NCBI GenBank assembly: GCA_965648905.1
Contig: CBFGIT010000012.1
Location: forward strand, 1 to 64,000
Source of the DNA: a candidate division WOR-3 bacterium
GTDB taxonomy: Bacteria > Hydrothermota > Tepidihabitantia > Tepidihabitantales > Tepidihabitantaceae
Direction of reading: 5' to 3'
DNA length: 64,000 nucleotides
Positions 38,075-48,371 of this stretch are shown here, piece after piece; the first letter of the stretch is position 1, and the number at the start of each line of letters is the position of its first letter. The position numbers were made by a program, and so were the translations under genes. Under the pieces are notes generated by a model. That model searched no databases. It was not told where the DNA came from and worked only from the letters and a program-made list of their open reading frames with translations.

Positions 38075-40153
38075 TTGAAAGAATACGGCGCTGAACGCAT
38101 CCGCAATCTTGGCTTCTTTGGCCACGGTAGCTCGGGCAAGACCTCGGTCTGTGAGTCGCTGCTTTTCACCATGAAACAGAACACACGGCTCGGCTCGGTG
38201 ACAGACGGAACCTCGCTGCTGGACTATGACGAGGATGAGGTCAGCCGCAAGATTACCGTCAACCTCGGGCTGGGCTACGGCGAGTACCGCGGGACCCTTG
38301 TCAACCTGGTGGACTCTCCTGGCTATGCCGATTTCTTCGGCGACGTCGTGTCCGCGGTCCGGGCGGTGGACGTCGCGGTGCTGGTCGTCGATGCGTCGTC
38401 CGGGGTCGAGGTCGGCGCGGAGATGGCCTGGCGCAAGGTGGATGAGCTGAGGCTGCCGAGAGTCGTGTTTGTCAACAAGCTCCGGAAAGAGCACACCGAT
38501 TTCGGGCGCACGGTCGAGGAGGTGCGGAAGGTGTTCGGCACACGCGTCACACCGCTCTACCTGCCGATTGGCCGCGAGGCGGGTTTCTCGGGTGTTGTCG
38601 ACCTGCTGAACGACAAGGCGTACCAGTATGAGGACGGCGTTCGCCGGGAGGTGCCAGTGCCGGCTGACATGAAGGACGCCGTGGCACAAGGCAAGGAACG
38701 ACTCGTTGAGGCAGCAGCCGAGGTCGAGGAGACGCTGATGGAGAAATTCCTTGAGGGAGCCGAGGTTTCGACCGAGGAGATGAGAGCGGCGGTACGACGG
38801 GGCATCAAAGCCGGGACGGTGTATCCGGTGGTCGGTGGTGATGCCTTGTCTCAGGTCGGAGTGGACCTGTTGCTCGACCTGGCAGTGGATGTGCTGCCCA
38901 GCCCTGCTGAGATGCCTTCCCGGTCTGGGACGAAGCCGGGCACGACCGAGATGCTTGAAGTCAAACCGGAACCGGATGGTCCGGTTGCGGCGCTGGTGTT
39001 CAAGACGGTATCGGAAGCGCACGTCGGAGACATGAGCTATGTCCGAGTCTTCCGGGGCAAACTGGAGCCGGGCACGGTCCTCCTCAATGCCCGAACCGAG
39101 CGCGACGAGAAGCTGAACCAGATATATGTGGTCAAGGGCCGAGAGCGGACTGAGGTCAACCGGCTGACGACCGGCATGATTGGCGCCCTGGTGAAGCTGA
39201 AGGAGACCCACACCGGTGATACGCTCTGCGACAAGCGTCAGCCGGTGGCCCTTACCCCGATCCAGTTTCCTAGGCCTTCAATATCAGTTGCCATTGTCCC
39301 CAAGAGCAAAGGCGATGAGGAGCGCGTCTCGAACGGGCTCTCCCGACTGCATCAGGAAGACCCGACTTTTTCCTATGACTACAATGCCGAGATCGGTCAG
39401 CAGCTTATCAACGGAATGGGCGAGCTGCATCTCGACGTCATCGTGGCGCGGCTCAAGCGGAGGTTTGACGTACACGTTGACCTCGTGAAACCGCGCATCC
39501 CGTACCGGGAGACCGTTACGCGCAAGGCCGAGGCCCAGGGCCGGCACAAGAAGCAGACCGGCGGTCGGGGTCAGTTCGGTGATGTCTGGCTCAGAGTCGA
39601 GCCGTTGCCGCGCGGGTCAGGTTTTGTGTTTGAGGACGAGATATTTGGCGGTGCGATTCCGTCTAAGTTCGTCCCGTCGGTCGAGAAGGGCATTGCTGAG
39701 AGCATGCAGAAAGGCGTGCTGGCCGGCTATCATATGATGGACATCAAGGCCACGGTCTTTGACGGCTCGTATCACGAGGTCGACTCGTCGGACATCGCCT
39801 TCAAGCTGGCCGGGGCGCTGGCTTTCAAGAACTGCTGTGACAAGGCGGGCCTGATTCTCTTGGAGCCGATAATGAATGTCGAGGTGACTGTGCCCGACCG
39901 CTATACCGGTGACGTGATGGGCGACCTGAACGCCCGCCGGGGCAGAATCATGGGCATGGAAGTACAGGGAACCCTGCAGGTGATCAAGGCCCAGGTACCG
40001 CAGTCCGAGATGTACAAGTACTCGAACAGCCTGCGCTCGATGACTCAGGGCCGAGGTTTCTTCCAGATGGAGTTCTCGCACTACGAAGAGGTTCCGCGGG
40101 AACTGGCGAACAAGGTCGTCGAAGAAGCCAAGCGCGCCAGAGAAGAGAAGTAG
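38075..40153 (+). CDS. fusA: elongation factor G-like protein (EF-G2 type)
   Basis: Full EF-G domain set (GMGELHL, KKQTGGRGQFG, GSYHEVDSS, LRSMTQGRG) with divergent G motifs GHGSSGKT, DSPGY, NKLR; GGAGGA SD + TTG. Confidence 0.92.
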   Translation: MKEYGAERIRNLGFFGHGSSGKTSVCESLLFTMKQNTRLGSVTDGTSLLDYDEDEVSRKITVNLGLGYGEYRGTLVNLVDSPGYADFFGDVVSAVRAVDVAVLVVDASSGVEVGAEMAWRKVDELRLPRVVFVNKLRKEHTDFGRTVEEVRKVFGTRVTPLYLPIGREAGFSGVVDLLNDKAYQYEDGVRREVPVPADMKDAVAQGKERLVEAAAEVEETLMEKFLEGAEVSTEEMRAAVRRGIKAGTVYPVVGGDALSQVGVDLLLDLAVDVLPSPAEMPSRSGTKPGTTEMLEVKPEPDGPVAALVFKTVSEAHVGDMSYVRVFRGKLEPGTVLLNARTERDEKLNQIYVVKGRERTEVNRLTTGMIGALVKLKETHTGDTLCDKRQPVALTPIQFPRPSISVAIVPKSKGDEERVSNGLSRLHQEDPTFSYDYNAEIGQQLINGMGELHLDVIVARLKRRFDVHVDLVKPRIPYRETVTRKAEAQGRHKKQTGGRGQFGDVWLRVEPLPRGSGFVFEDEIFGGAIPSKFVPSVEKGIAESMQKGVLAGYHMMDIKATVFDGSYHEVDSSDIAFKLAGALAFKNCCDKAGLILLEPIMNVEVTVPDRYTGDVMGDLNARRGRIMGMEVQGTLQVIKAQVPQSEMYKYSNSLRSMTQGRGFFQMEFSHYEEVPRELANKVVEEAKRAREEK

Positions 40154-40250
40154 CGGTTCAGGCCGGGCCGGGCCCGGTCAATGCGCTCGGGCACAGGGTT
40201 CGGGAATGGCCCGGCCGGAGTCCAGGTATATGTGGGTATAGGAGCACACA

Positions 40251-40865
40251 ATGAACGCAAGAACCGTTGCCGCCGATCGCGACCGCGAATACGGCCGCGA
40301 CCTGAGAATTGCCGTATGCCTGACTCTGGTTGGTATGACCGCCTCGTTCCTGTTCCTGAAGCAGCCTCAGGTTAGACCCTACGAACTGAAGCGACCGATA
40401 GAGCTTGTTCCCGTCGTGCTGCCCAAGGGGCTTATTCAGTTGCCCAGGCCGGTCGAGCGGCCTGCCCGGGTCGCAGTTCCTGTTCCGGCCTCGCCGGGCG
40501 AGCCAGCCGTCAATACCATTGACCGGACCACAGGCGACAACATCTTCGTGCCGCCGGCCGATTTCGTGCCTGACTCAGTCCCGTTCTACCGTGTTGAGCA
40601 CAAGCCGGTCTTGCTTCAGGCAGCACAGCCTGAGTATCCGGACGTGGCACGGCAGGCCGGTATCGAAGGACGCGCAGCAATATCGATGCTGGTCGATACC
40701 ACGGGCCTGGTTGCCCAGGTCCAGGTCTATGCCGGCTCAGGCAGTACCCTGCTCGACGAGGCAGCCCTGGCCGCTGCCCGGGAATGCCGGTTCAAGCCGG
40801 CCTACCAACGCGACCGACCGGTACCGGTCTGGGTCACGATGACCTTCAACTTCCGGCTACAGTAA
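40251..40865 (+). CDS. TonB family energy transducer
   Basis: N-terminal TM, Pro-rich linker, PEYPDVARQAGIEG...LDEAAL.A...FKPA...PVPVW. Confidence 0.9.
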   Translation: MNARTVAADRDREYGRDLRIAVCLTLVGMTASFLFLKQPQVRPYELKRPIELVPVVLPKGLIQLPRPVERPARVAVPVPASPGEPAVNTIDRTTGDNIFVPPADFVPDSVPFYRVEHKPVLLQAAQPEYPDVARQAGIEGRAAISMLVDTTGLVAQVQVYAGSGSTLLDEAALAAARECRFKPAYQRDRPVPVWVTMTFNFRLQ

Positions 40866-40899
40866 CGCCGCATTCCGCCTGTGCTTCGGCTTCGGCGCT

Positions 40900-41205
40900 G
40901 CTCTGAGGTCAGCCTTCTGTGTTGGTTCCAGGCCCGGCTTCGAGTGCGAACTCGGGCACGGCGGCCGTATCGCGACTTCATCTGTTTGAGCGCACGCGTG
41001 CGAGCCTGTTGTCTTGCCTGGCCCGCGTCCTGCTTTCAGGTGTATCAGCCGGCCTGCTGATTGATACCTCCGGGCGCCTGGTCGATGGCTTGCTCTTGGG
41101 TCTGGCGGGGGGAGTGGCTCCAGGAGTCGCTGGCAGAACCGAAACCAAGCTGAGGGTCCGACGCGCAGGCTCAGCCTAAGTTCTTGTGTTACGCGACGTT
41201 GGTCA
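40900..41205. repeat. degenerate 12-nt-periodic tract (GLxx tetrads)
   Basis: Reads SLLS CLAR VLLS GVSA GLLI DTSG RLVD GLLL GLAG GVAP GVAG in the + frame, followed by CTAAGTTCTTGTGTTACG. Confidence 0.45.
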
Positions 41206-41413
41206 AGAGGGATACCGCGTCGAACCCGCCGCGCGATGATGAAGGCAGAGTCAATGAGCTGTGTTGGTCACGGTATCTTGGCTGGTGCGAGCTAGCGGAG
41301 GCTGGTCAAGGTAACGGCAGGCTTGAACCGGCTCGGGCGGATGGTAATATGAGCGACGTGAAAGTCAGTCATCCGGACGCGTCGAGAGGCTTCAGGTTCG
41401 GCGCACCGCCTCA

Positions 41414-43141
41414 ATGAACCTCGCTCTGCTGCTGGTTATCGTGCAGGCAGCCCCAGACACGCTGGGAGCAGTCCGGTTTGACGGGAATCATGCGTTCTCC
41501 GGGCGTCTGCTCCTTACAGTCGTGTCGACCCGCAGGAACAAGCCCTTCACCGAGTCGGCGCTGGCACTTGACGTTGCGGCGTTGGAGCGGTTCTATCAAG
41601 ACCAAGGTTTCTTCGAAGTGCACGTGGAGCGGTCGGTCGGCACGGGCCGGCGCCCGACCGTGACGTTCTCTGTTATTGAGGGACCGCGTACCAGGACCGG
41701 CGTCATTGCCATCACTGGTAACCGGAGCTTCGGTGCCGAGCACTTGCTGAGATTGGTGCCGGTGCGGCCCGGTCAGTTCTCAACCCGGGCGTCGGTTGAA
41801 CAGGGAACGCAAGTCCTGCGCAGCTTCTACCTGAACTCAGGTTTCCCTCAGGTGGCGGTATCGGGTTCGATGGAACACAGCGACTCGGTGGCGACCGTAT
41901 CATTTGACGTGAAGGAAGGGCCACTCTGTCATGTTGCCGAAGTCCGGGTGCGCGGCAACCGTACGGTCAGTACCGCGACAATCGTGCGGGCGACCGAGGT
42001 GCGTGTCGGCGAGCGATTCAGCCAGGGGCGCCTGCACCGGGCTCAGACTCGGCTCTATGCCACCAAGCTGTTCAGCCGAGTGGCGTTCGTGGTCGAGCTG
42101 CCGGATACGAATCAGGGTGGGGCAATCACGGAGCCGGGTGCTGGGGCGTCACGGGGCGTGGTCATTAGGTTTGACGTTTCCGAGCAGCCGTACCGGTCAG
42201 TCTCTTTTGGCGGCGGTGTGGAGACCCCGCCCAACCGGTTGCTTGGTTCGGTTGAATGGGAGCACAATAACCTGTTCAACCGGGGGCACACCGCGCTGGC
42301 GAATGCCGAGGCGAGTCCGGCCTTCAACCGTGACTTCCGTGCGCGCAGCGCGGCCGCCTATCGAATGCCGTACCTGCTGCTTACCCGAATCGACCTGCAG
42401 TTCCGACCTTACTTCTCGTACGAGCGGATTGGAGGTGCGTCAACCCGCGAGTTCGGGGAGGAGACCGGAATGAGCCGTAGCCTCGCACCCAATCTGGTCA
42501 TCGGACTGACCAACCGGCTTCGCTTCGTCTCGGATACCACGACCGGAGTGACCAACTCGCTCGGGCTGTCCGGGCAGTACGATACGCGTGACGACGTTTT
42601 CGACCCGAGACGCGGTGTCTGGCTGCAGTCGGTGGCCGAGGTTGCCGGTGGCCTGCTCCAGGGGCGAAATGACTTCTACCGTCTTACCGGAGAGGCAAGG
42701 GTGTGCTATGGCCTTGGATTCGGGTTCGTACTGGCGCTACGTGGTATGGCGGGCCGGGTTGTGCCCTATGGAACTCGGACCAAGGCGATTCCGTACTACG
42801 AAGCATTTACGCTCGGCGGTCGGAGCAGCCTGCGCGGCTATCCGGAGCGTTCGCTCGGGCCCGATACCTCGATTCAAGGGCGGTTTGGCCCGACGGTCGT
42901 GAACGGGAATGTCGAACTACGCACGCCGTACCTGGTCGGCTGGGTCGGGCTGGTCGGCTTCATCGACCTCGGAACCGTGAGCCGCGATTTCCGGTTGTTC
43001 GCTTACGAGTACAGCGGGGGCACAGGCGTGAGGGTGCGTACGCCGATTGGGCCAGTGCGGCTCGACTGGGGTCGGCGACTGGCGAATCCGGTGCCTGGTG
43101 ATAAGGGCAGGTTCTATCTGGGGTTGCTGCATGCGTTCTAG
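41414..43141 (+). CDS. Omp85 family TamA-like protein (3 POTRA + beta-barrel)
   Basis: POTRA repeats, GGRSSLRGY lid loop, TPIGPVRLDWG, C-terminal F; coupled to tamB. Confidence 0.9.
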   Translation: MNLALLLVIVQAAPDTLGAVRFDGNHAFSGRLLLTVVSTRRNKPFTESALALDVAALERFYQDQGFFEVHVERSVGTGRRPTVTFSVIEGPRTRTGVIAITGNRSFGAEHLLRLVPVRPGQFSTRASVEQGTQVLRSFYLNSGFPQVAVSGSMEHSDSVATVSFDVKEGPLCHVAEVRVRGNRTVSTATIVRATEVRVGERFSQGRLHRAQTRLYATKLFSRVAFVVELPDTNQGGAITEPGAGASRGVVIRFDVSEQPYRSVSFGGGVETPPNRLLGSVEWEHNNLFNRGHTALANAEASPAFNRDFRARSAAAYRMPYLLLTRIDLQFRPYFSYERIGGASTREFGEETGMSRSLAPNLVIGLTNRLRFVSDTTTGVTNSLGLSGQYDTRDDVFDPRRGVWLQSVAEVAGGLLQGRNDFYRLTGEARVCYGLGFGFVLALRGMAGRVVPYGTRTKAIPYYEAFTLGGRSSLRGYPERSLGPDTSIQGRFGPTVVNGNVELRTPYLVGWVGLVGFIDLGTVSRDFRLFAYEYSGGTGVRVRTPIGPVRLDWGRRLANPVPGDKGRFYLGLLHAF

Positions 43142-46100
43142 AAGCCGGCTCATTGGCTGGGTTGTCGTGGTCGTCGTTCTCCTGTTGGTCGTGCTGCTGG
43201 CTCAGCACATTGGTCGATTCCTGCTCGGTCGAGGGCTGGTGGTCGTCGGTCGAATACTGCATGCCCGCGTCAGGTACGAGCAGGTTGAGGGCGACCCATT
43301 CTCTCGGCCGGTGGTCCGCGGGCTGTTGGTTGCGCTTGACCGTGACTCGCTCCGGGTGGAGCGCCTGACATTCGGTTTTGACCTTGTCGGACTGTTAAGG
43401 CGCAGGTTCACGCTTTCGAATGTGGAGATTGACAAGCCGACCGTCTATCTCGGAGCGAGGCAGGAAGAACCGGTCTCGGCGTCGAAGCCGGTGCAGTCCG
43501 GCACCGGTGCGTTTCCCCGGGTGTCAGTTGGGCGGCTGGTAGTTGCGAACGGCGCAGTCGTGCTTGATACCGCGGTCATGGCTGATTCAATCAACTTGAA
43601 CCTGTGGCTGGTTGCAGGCGGGACGCTCATCCAGGCCGGGCTCGGGGACGCAACCGCGTGCCTGCGTCGCCCGGGAGGAATCCGGATACGCAGCCTTGAC
43701 GCACGCATCAGGTTGACGCACGATTCGCTTTGCGTGGACAGCGTCAACGTGATGACCGGCGAGTCCCGTGCTCAGGGAAACGCGCGATTCATGTTCGAGA
43801 CGGGCGGGCTGGCAGTGACTCTTGACAACGTTGTCCTGACGCTGCCTGAGTTCTCCGACCTACCGGGTCGGATTCTAGCCAAGGGCTCGGGCGGGCTGGA
43901 ACGAGGAGACCTGCATGCCAATCTTGTCTATGCGGCCCAAGGCCTGGCGGTGGACACACTGGTCTTGCCGTCCATCTCCGGGCGTGTGGCGCTCGTGGAC
44001 TCTGTGGTCACGCTCTCGGCCGCGGGCGCGAGCCCGGGGCTGGGGAGTTTCGCACTCGATGCGACTCTGAGTCTGCGCGATAGTTCATTTGCAGGGCGGG
44101 TCGCTGCAGAGGACGTGGTTGTACGAAGGTTTGAGCCAGCCCTGCCCGACTACCGAATTGGGGTCAGGGTCGAGTGTCGCGGTCGTGGTGTTGATTCAGT
44201 TGCCGGACGGGTCAGCGTGCGCGTCGTGGAGTTGGGCATTGACAGTCTGTGCTGCCAGGTACAGTTCCGCCACGGCTGCCTGACCGTTGACCAGGCCGAC
44301 GTGTCCGGTCCGTTGGGCCGCATGCGCTTGAAAGGCAGCTATTTCGGTCAGGAGCTCTCAGCAGACGTGGAGTTGGAGTCGCTTGACCTGGTCTATCTGT
44401 CTAGGCTCGTCAGGATGCCGCTTGCAGGTCAGTTGTCGGGTGCGGCCAGGGTACGGCGCACCTCGAATCTGCTGACGCTGACCGGGGGCCTGCGTGCCAC
44501 CAACTTGCTGGTTGCGACCGTCCACGCTAGACAGGTAGCGGCTGAATTTGACGTCGGGCTTGATCAGGGTTTGAGCGGTCGAGTCGCGGTCGCGGTCGAA
44601 TCGCTGGCCGTCCAGCAATACGTCTGTGAAGCGGCGCAACTGCTGTGGGCCGGCCCGGAGTTCGAACTGAGAGTCGACTTGCCGACCAACCGCCTGCGCG
44701 CACTGGGCGCATTGGAATTGAGTCAGGATCGGGTCCGAGCCGAGGTTGAGATGCTTGAGTTTGCCACCGAACAGGAGACACTGGTTACGACGCGGCCGTT
44801 TCACGTCAGTTATGCGCGGGAATCACTGTCCGTGACCGATGTCTCTACCCGGCTGGCCGGAGCAACGGTTGACTTCGGCCTCGCTCTGACTCCAGACCGG
44901 TCGCCTGAGGTGGACCTGCGTGTGCGGCAGCTTGACCTGGCCAAGCTCCGCACTCTGCTCAACCTGGACGTGGAGCTTGCTGGAACAGTGGACATCGATG
45001 TCCGAGGCAGCGATACGCTCGCACTGGTGCTTGCCGGACAGAAGGTCGAGTTTCCCAAGATGGAGATGGCACTGTCGCTTCTGGAGCTTCAGCTTCATGC
45101 CAACCGCACCAGTACGACGATCGACCATCTGAGATTCTGCCGGGCGGTCGGACCTCCAGCCGTGGCTGAAACCAGTGTCGTTTCCGGCCGGATTGGCTAC
45201 CGGCTTGACCATGGCTCGTTGCTGTCGACGCTGGATTTGGACCTCAAGGCTGACCTGCGTGACCCCGGCGTCTGGGTGTTCTCGTTCCTGAGGCCGAGCA
45301 TCGAGCTGCCGGCTGGGACAATCTATGGCCTGGTCGCCTTGCGCGGCTCTTTCGCCGAGCCGACGCTCAACGGTCGGGTGAGGATAGCACGCGCGGCACT
45401 GCACGTGCCGGCGATCAACACCACGGTCGAACGGCTGAACGCCGAGCTGACCTTTGACCGGAACCGAATCAGGTTTGAGAAGTTCTCGGGCCGTTCAAGC
45501 CGGGGCGCGGTAGTCGGTGGCGGTTTTATCGACCTGGGCGCCAACTGGCAGGTCGACACGATGCACTATGACATCCAGTTCACCGGCGCGACGTTCAACC
45601 CGCAGCCGGAAATCTATGCGGTTGCCGGTGGCCAGGTGATGCTCGACTGGGCAAATGCCCGACCACTGGTGCTGACCGGGACGGTGGATGTGGCCGAAGC
45701 ACTGATTGCCATCGGGTTCGGCGCCGCGCCCGCGGCCAACGGCGGCGAGCCGGACACGCTGTTTGAGTACGACATCAGGGTGCGTGCCGAGCGCGGCGTC
45801 TGGCTGCGTAACTCGATGGTTGACATCGAGCTGGGCATGGACCTGACCCTGCGCAAGACCAGGGCGGACGAGGTTTATGCCGGAGTGCTCGAATCACGCC
45901 AGGGGAACGTCTACTACCTTGACAACACGCTGCGTGTTACCCGCGGCCAGATAAGATTTCCGAACATCACCCGGCTCAATCCCGAGCTCGACATCGCGGC
46001 CGAACTGCCGGTGCGGCCGGCGCGCGATTCCTCGTCATCGATGCCTGAGAAAGTCATCCTGACCGTGACCGGGACTCTTGAACAGCCGCTCATCGAGTTC

Positions 46101-46508
46101 GCGTCTGAGCCGCCCGGCTGGGACGAAGCCGACATCGCCTCGTACCTCAACCTGAGCATGACCCCGGACCAGCTCTCGGCCTTGGAGGAACGTGACGCGG
46201 TTACTCAACTGCTTTCTCAACGTCTCCTGAGTTACTTTCAGACTCAGGCGGCCAAGCGGGCGAGGGGTTTTGTCAATCTTGACTATCTCGAGTTCGAGAG
46301 CGGGCTGTTCAGCGGCCGCGAAGCCCGGGTCACGGTCGGCAAGTACGTCGGCCGTCGGGTCTATGTTTCCTACACCCAGAACTTCACCGGCGACATGCAG
46401 CCCTTGTTCCGAGTTGAGTACTACATCAATCGCAAGAACGAGCTGGTGGCCGAGCGCAATGACCTCGGCCGGTTTGCCCTGCGCTACCGGCTCAAGATCC
46501 GCTACTGA
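43131..46508 (+). CDS. tamB: translocation and assembly module TamB (DUF490)
   Basis: N-terminal anchor, long beta-taco region, C-terminal PELDI.A...GTLEQP...VGKY....YVSY. Confidence 0.85.
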   Translation: MRSRSRLIGWVVVVVVLLLVVLLAQHIGRFLLGRGLVVVGRILHARVRYEQVEGDPFSRPVVRGLLVALDRDSLRVERLTFGFDLVGLLRRRFTLSNVEIDKPTVYLGARQEEPVSASKPVQSGTGAFPRVSVGRLVVANGAVVLDTAVMADSINLNLWLVAGGTLIQAGLGDATACLRRPGGIRIRSLDARIRLTHDSLCVDSVNVMTGESRAQGNARFMFETGGLAVTLDNVVLTLPEFSDLPGRILAKGSGGLERGDLHANLVYAAQGLAVDTLVLPSISGRVALVDSVVTLSAAGASPGLGSFALDATLSLRDSSFAGRVAAEDVVVRRFEPALPDYRIGVRVECRGRGVDSVAGRVSVRVVELGIDSLCCQVQFRHGCLTVDQADVSGPLGRMRLKGSYFGQELSADVELESLDLVYLSRLVRMPLAGQLSGAARVRRTSNLLTLTGGLRATNLLVATVHARQVAAEFDVGLDQGLSGRVAVAVESLAVQQYVCEAAQLLWAGPEFELRVDLPTNRLRALGALELSQDRVRAEVEMLEFATEQETLVTTRPFHVSYARESLSVTDVSTRLAGATVDFGLALTPDRSPEVDLRVRQLDLAKLRTLLNLDVELAGTVDIDVRGSDTLALVLAGQKVEFPKMEMALSLLELQLHANRTSTTIDHLRFCRAVGPPAVAETSVVSGRIGYRLDHGSLLSTLDLDLKADLRDPGVWVFSFLRPSIELPAGTIYGLVALRGSFAEPTLNGRVRIARAALHVPAINTTVERLNAELTFDRNRIRFEKFSGRSSRGAVVGGGFIDLGANWQVDTMHYDIQFTGATFNPQPEIYAVAGGQVMLDWANARPLVLTGTVDVAEALIAIGFGAAPAANGGEPDTLFEYDIRVRAERGVWLRNSMVDIELGMDLTLRKTRADEVYAGVLESRQGNVYYLDNTLRVTRGQIRFPNITRLNPELDIAAELPVRPARDSSSSMPEKVILTVTGTLEQPLIEFASEPPGWDEADIASYLNLSMTPDQLSALEERDAVTQLLSQRLLSYFQTQAAKRARGFVNLDYLEFESGLFSGREARVTVGKYVGRRVYVSYTQNFTGDMQPLFRVEYYINRKNELVAERNDLGRFALRYRLKIRY

Positions 46509-48371
46509 TTGCTCTACTGCAACGTCGCAGTTCCGCACACTCATCTTGACGTTTTGACCTACGCCTATGACCCGGTTCGGTTGCCCGGGCTGGCGCCGGG
46601 TGACTGCGTGCGCGTACGACTGCGGGGACGGCGGGTACGGGGACTGGTGATTGAACTGCTGAAGCGGAGTCCGGTCCAGCGCACAATTGCGATTGAGGAA
46701 GTTGTCGAGCCCAAGCTGCTGGATTCGCAACTGCTACACCTATTGGGATGGGTCAACTCGTATTACTTTGGCCGGATGGGGGAGACCCTGAGTTTCGCTC
46801 TGCCGCGGGGTGTGTGTGGCTACGGACTTCGCCGACCCGGTTTGGGCACGCCGGAGGTGCGCGAGACCGCCGAGGCCGCATTGACCGGACCGCCATTGGC
46901 CGCGTCCGGTCTTGGAGTCTGGACGTACCGGCAGGTTGGCGGTCGGGAGCAGGTCATGGTTCGTTTTGTTGGCCAGGTTCTCAAGAACGGTTCGGTGGTG
47001 GTGCTCGCCCCTGAGCAGGGCCTCGACCGCTGGGCCGGACTGTTGGCTGCGCAGCTCGGTGTCGAGCCGATCCTTCTTCACGGCAGACTGAAGCAGAGTG
47101 AGCGAAGGCGATTCTGGCTCGAACTGCGTACCGGCACGCGGCATCTGGTCGTTGGCGTGAGGTCTGCGGTCTTTGCCCCGGTCGGTGACCTTGCCGGCAT
47201 TGTAGTGCTGGACGAGCATGACCCGGTGTTCAAAGAAGAACGGCAACCCGCTTTCCACGCCCGAGACGTGGCTGTGTACCGTGGCCGACTGGCTTGCTGC
47301 CCGGTGCTGCTCATTGACCCGACACCCTCAGCCGAGACCTGGCGTAACCTGCAGACCGGGCTCTACCAGGAGCTGAAACTCGATTCCGATACCGTGGGCC
47401 GGCAGGAATCAGGCGACCGGTGGCAGACAGTGATTGACATGCGTCGGCACCGGAATGATGTCATCGCGCCCCTGCTCAGGCGGGAGGTAGAGCGGGGCCT
47501 GGCGCACGGCGCGGTCATGCTCTACGTGAATCGGCGGGGGCTGGCTCGACACGTCGCCTGCAATGACTGTGGTAGTGCGCTTGTCTGTCCGGGCTGTTCG
47601 GTTCCGATGGCTCTTGACAAGTCTGGACTGAGATGTCCGTACTGCGGTCGGTCGGGTCCAGCTCCCGAGTCGTGTTCGCGCTGTGGTGGCAGCGACTTCC
47701 GGTTTCGAGCGCCCGGTGTCGAACTGGTCAGCCGTGAGGTCGCACGGCTTCTGCCCGGGGCTGTGGTCGAGAGCGTGGTAAGCGAATCCCAGCGCCGGCT
47801 CGAATCAGGTTCGGGACATGTCTATGTTGGAACCCGGTCCATCCTGAGCGCGAACTGGCCGGACCGGGTATCGCTGGTCGCGGTCGTGTCGGTTGATGGC
47901 GACTTGTGCCGGTGTGACTTTCGCGCCCACGAGCGCGTGTTCCAGACCCTGTCCGGTCTGGTGCGCCGGGCGGCAGAGTACGGTGCTCGTCTCGTGATTC
48001 AGACTAGGAGGCTGGACGAGCCGGCAATTCAGGCAGCACTGTCCGGTAACACCGGTTTGTTCCTTGATGACGAGCTGAAGGGCCGGGCTGCGGCTGTCTT
48101 TCCACCGTTCTGTCGGCTTGCACTGCTTACGTTCAGGAGTCCGGCCTCTGATAAGGCCCGGGTGCGGGCGTTGAGCGTCGCCCGTTCTCTCGAAGTTCAC
48201 CGGGATGTTACCGTGCTCGGTCCGGTGCCAATCGCCCAAGCCGGGTTCAGACTGCTGGTCAAACTCCCAAAGGAGATGCGGCTTGACCGGCTGCTAACGC
48301 GCGACCAAATCGAAACTTCGCGCGTCAGCGTGAGGATTGATGTTGACCCATTCGACCTGCTTCAGGCCTGA
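46509..48371 (+). CDS. priA: primosomal protein N'-like, degenerate helicase
   Basis: N-terminal 3'-binding domain, GVRSAVFAP, DEHD..FKEE..P.FHARDVA, NRRG, four CxxC pairs, FPPF; Walker A absent. Confidence 0.85.
   Translation: MLYCNVAVPHTHLDVLTYAYDPVRLPGLAPGDCVRVRLRGRRVRGLVIELLKRSPVQRTIAIEEVVEPKLLDSQLLHLLGWVNSYYFGRMGETLSFALPRGVCGYGLRRPGLGTPEVRETAEAALTGPPLAASGLGVWTYRQVGGREQVMVRFVGQVLKNGSVVVLAPEQGLDRWAGLLAAQLGVEPILLHGRLKQSERRRFWLELRTGTRHLVVGVRSAVFAPVGDLAGIVVLDEHDPVFKEERQPAFHARDVAVYRGRLACCPVLLIDPTPSAETWRNLQTGLYQELKLDSDTVGRQESGDRWQTVIDMRRHRNDVIAPLLRREVERGLAHGAVMLYVNRRGLARHVACNDCGSALVCPGCSVPMALDKSGLRCPYCGRSGPAPESCSRCGGSDFRFRAPGVELVSREVARLLPGAVVESVVSESQRRLESGSGHVYVGTRSILSANWPDRVSLVAVVSVDGDLCRCDFRAHERVFQTLSGLVRRAAEYGARLVIQTRRLDEPAIQAALSGNTGLFLDDELKGRAAAVFPPFCRLALLTFRSPASDKARVRALSVARSLEVHRDVTVLGPVPIAQAGFRLLVKLPKEMRLDRLLTRDQIETSRVSVRIDVDPFDLLQA

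Noticed and set aside
37670..39211. Long antisense ORFs (e.g. 37670-39211, 4117-5292, 6505-7485, 49340-50299)
   Set aside because: These are shadow frames of well-supported genes in high-GC DNA
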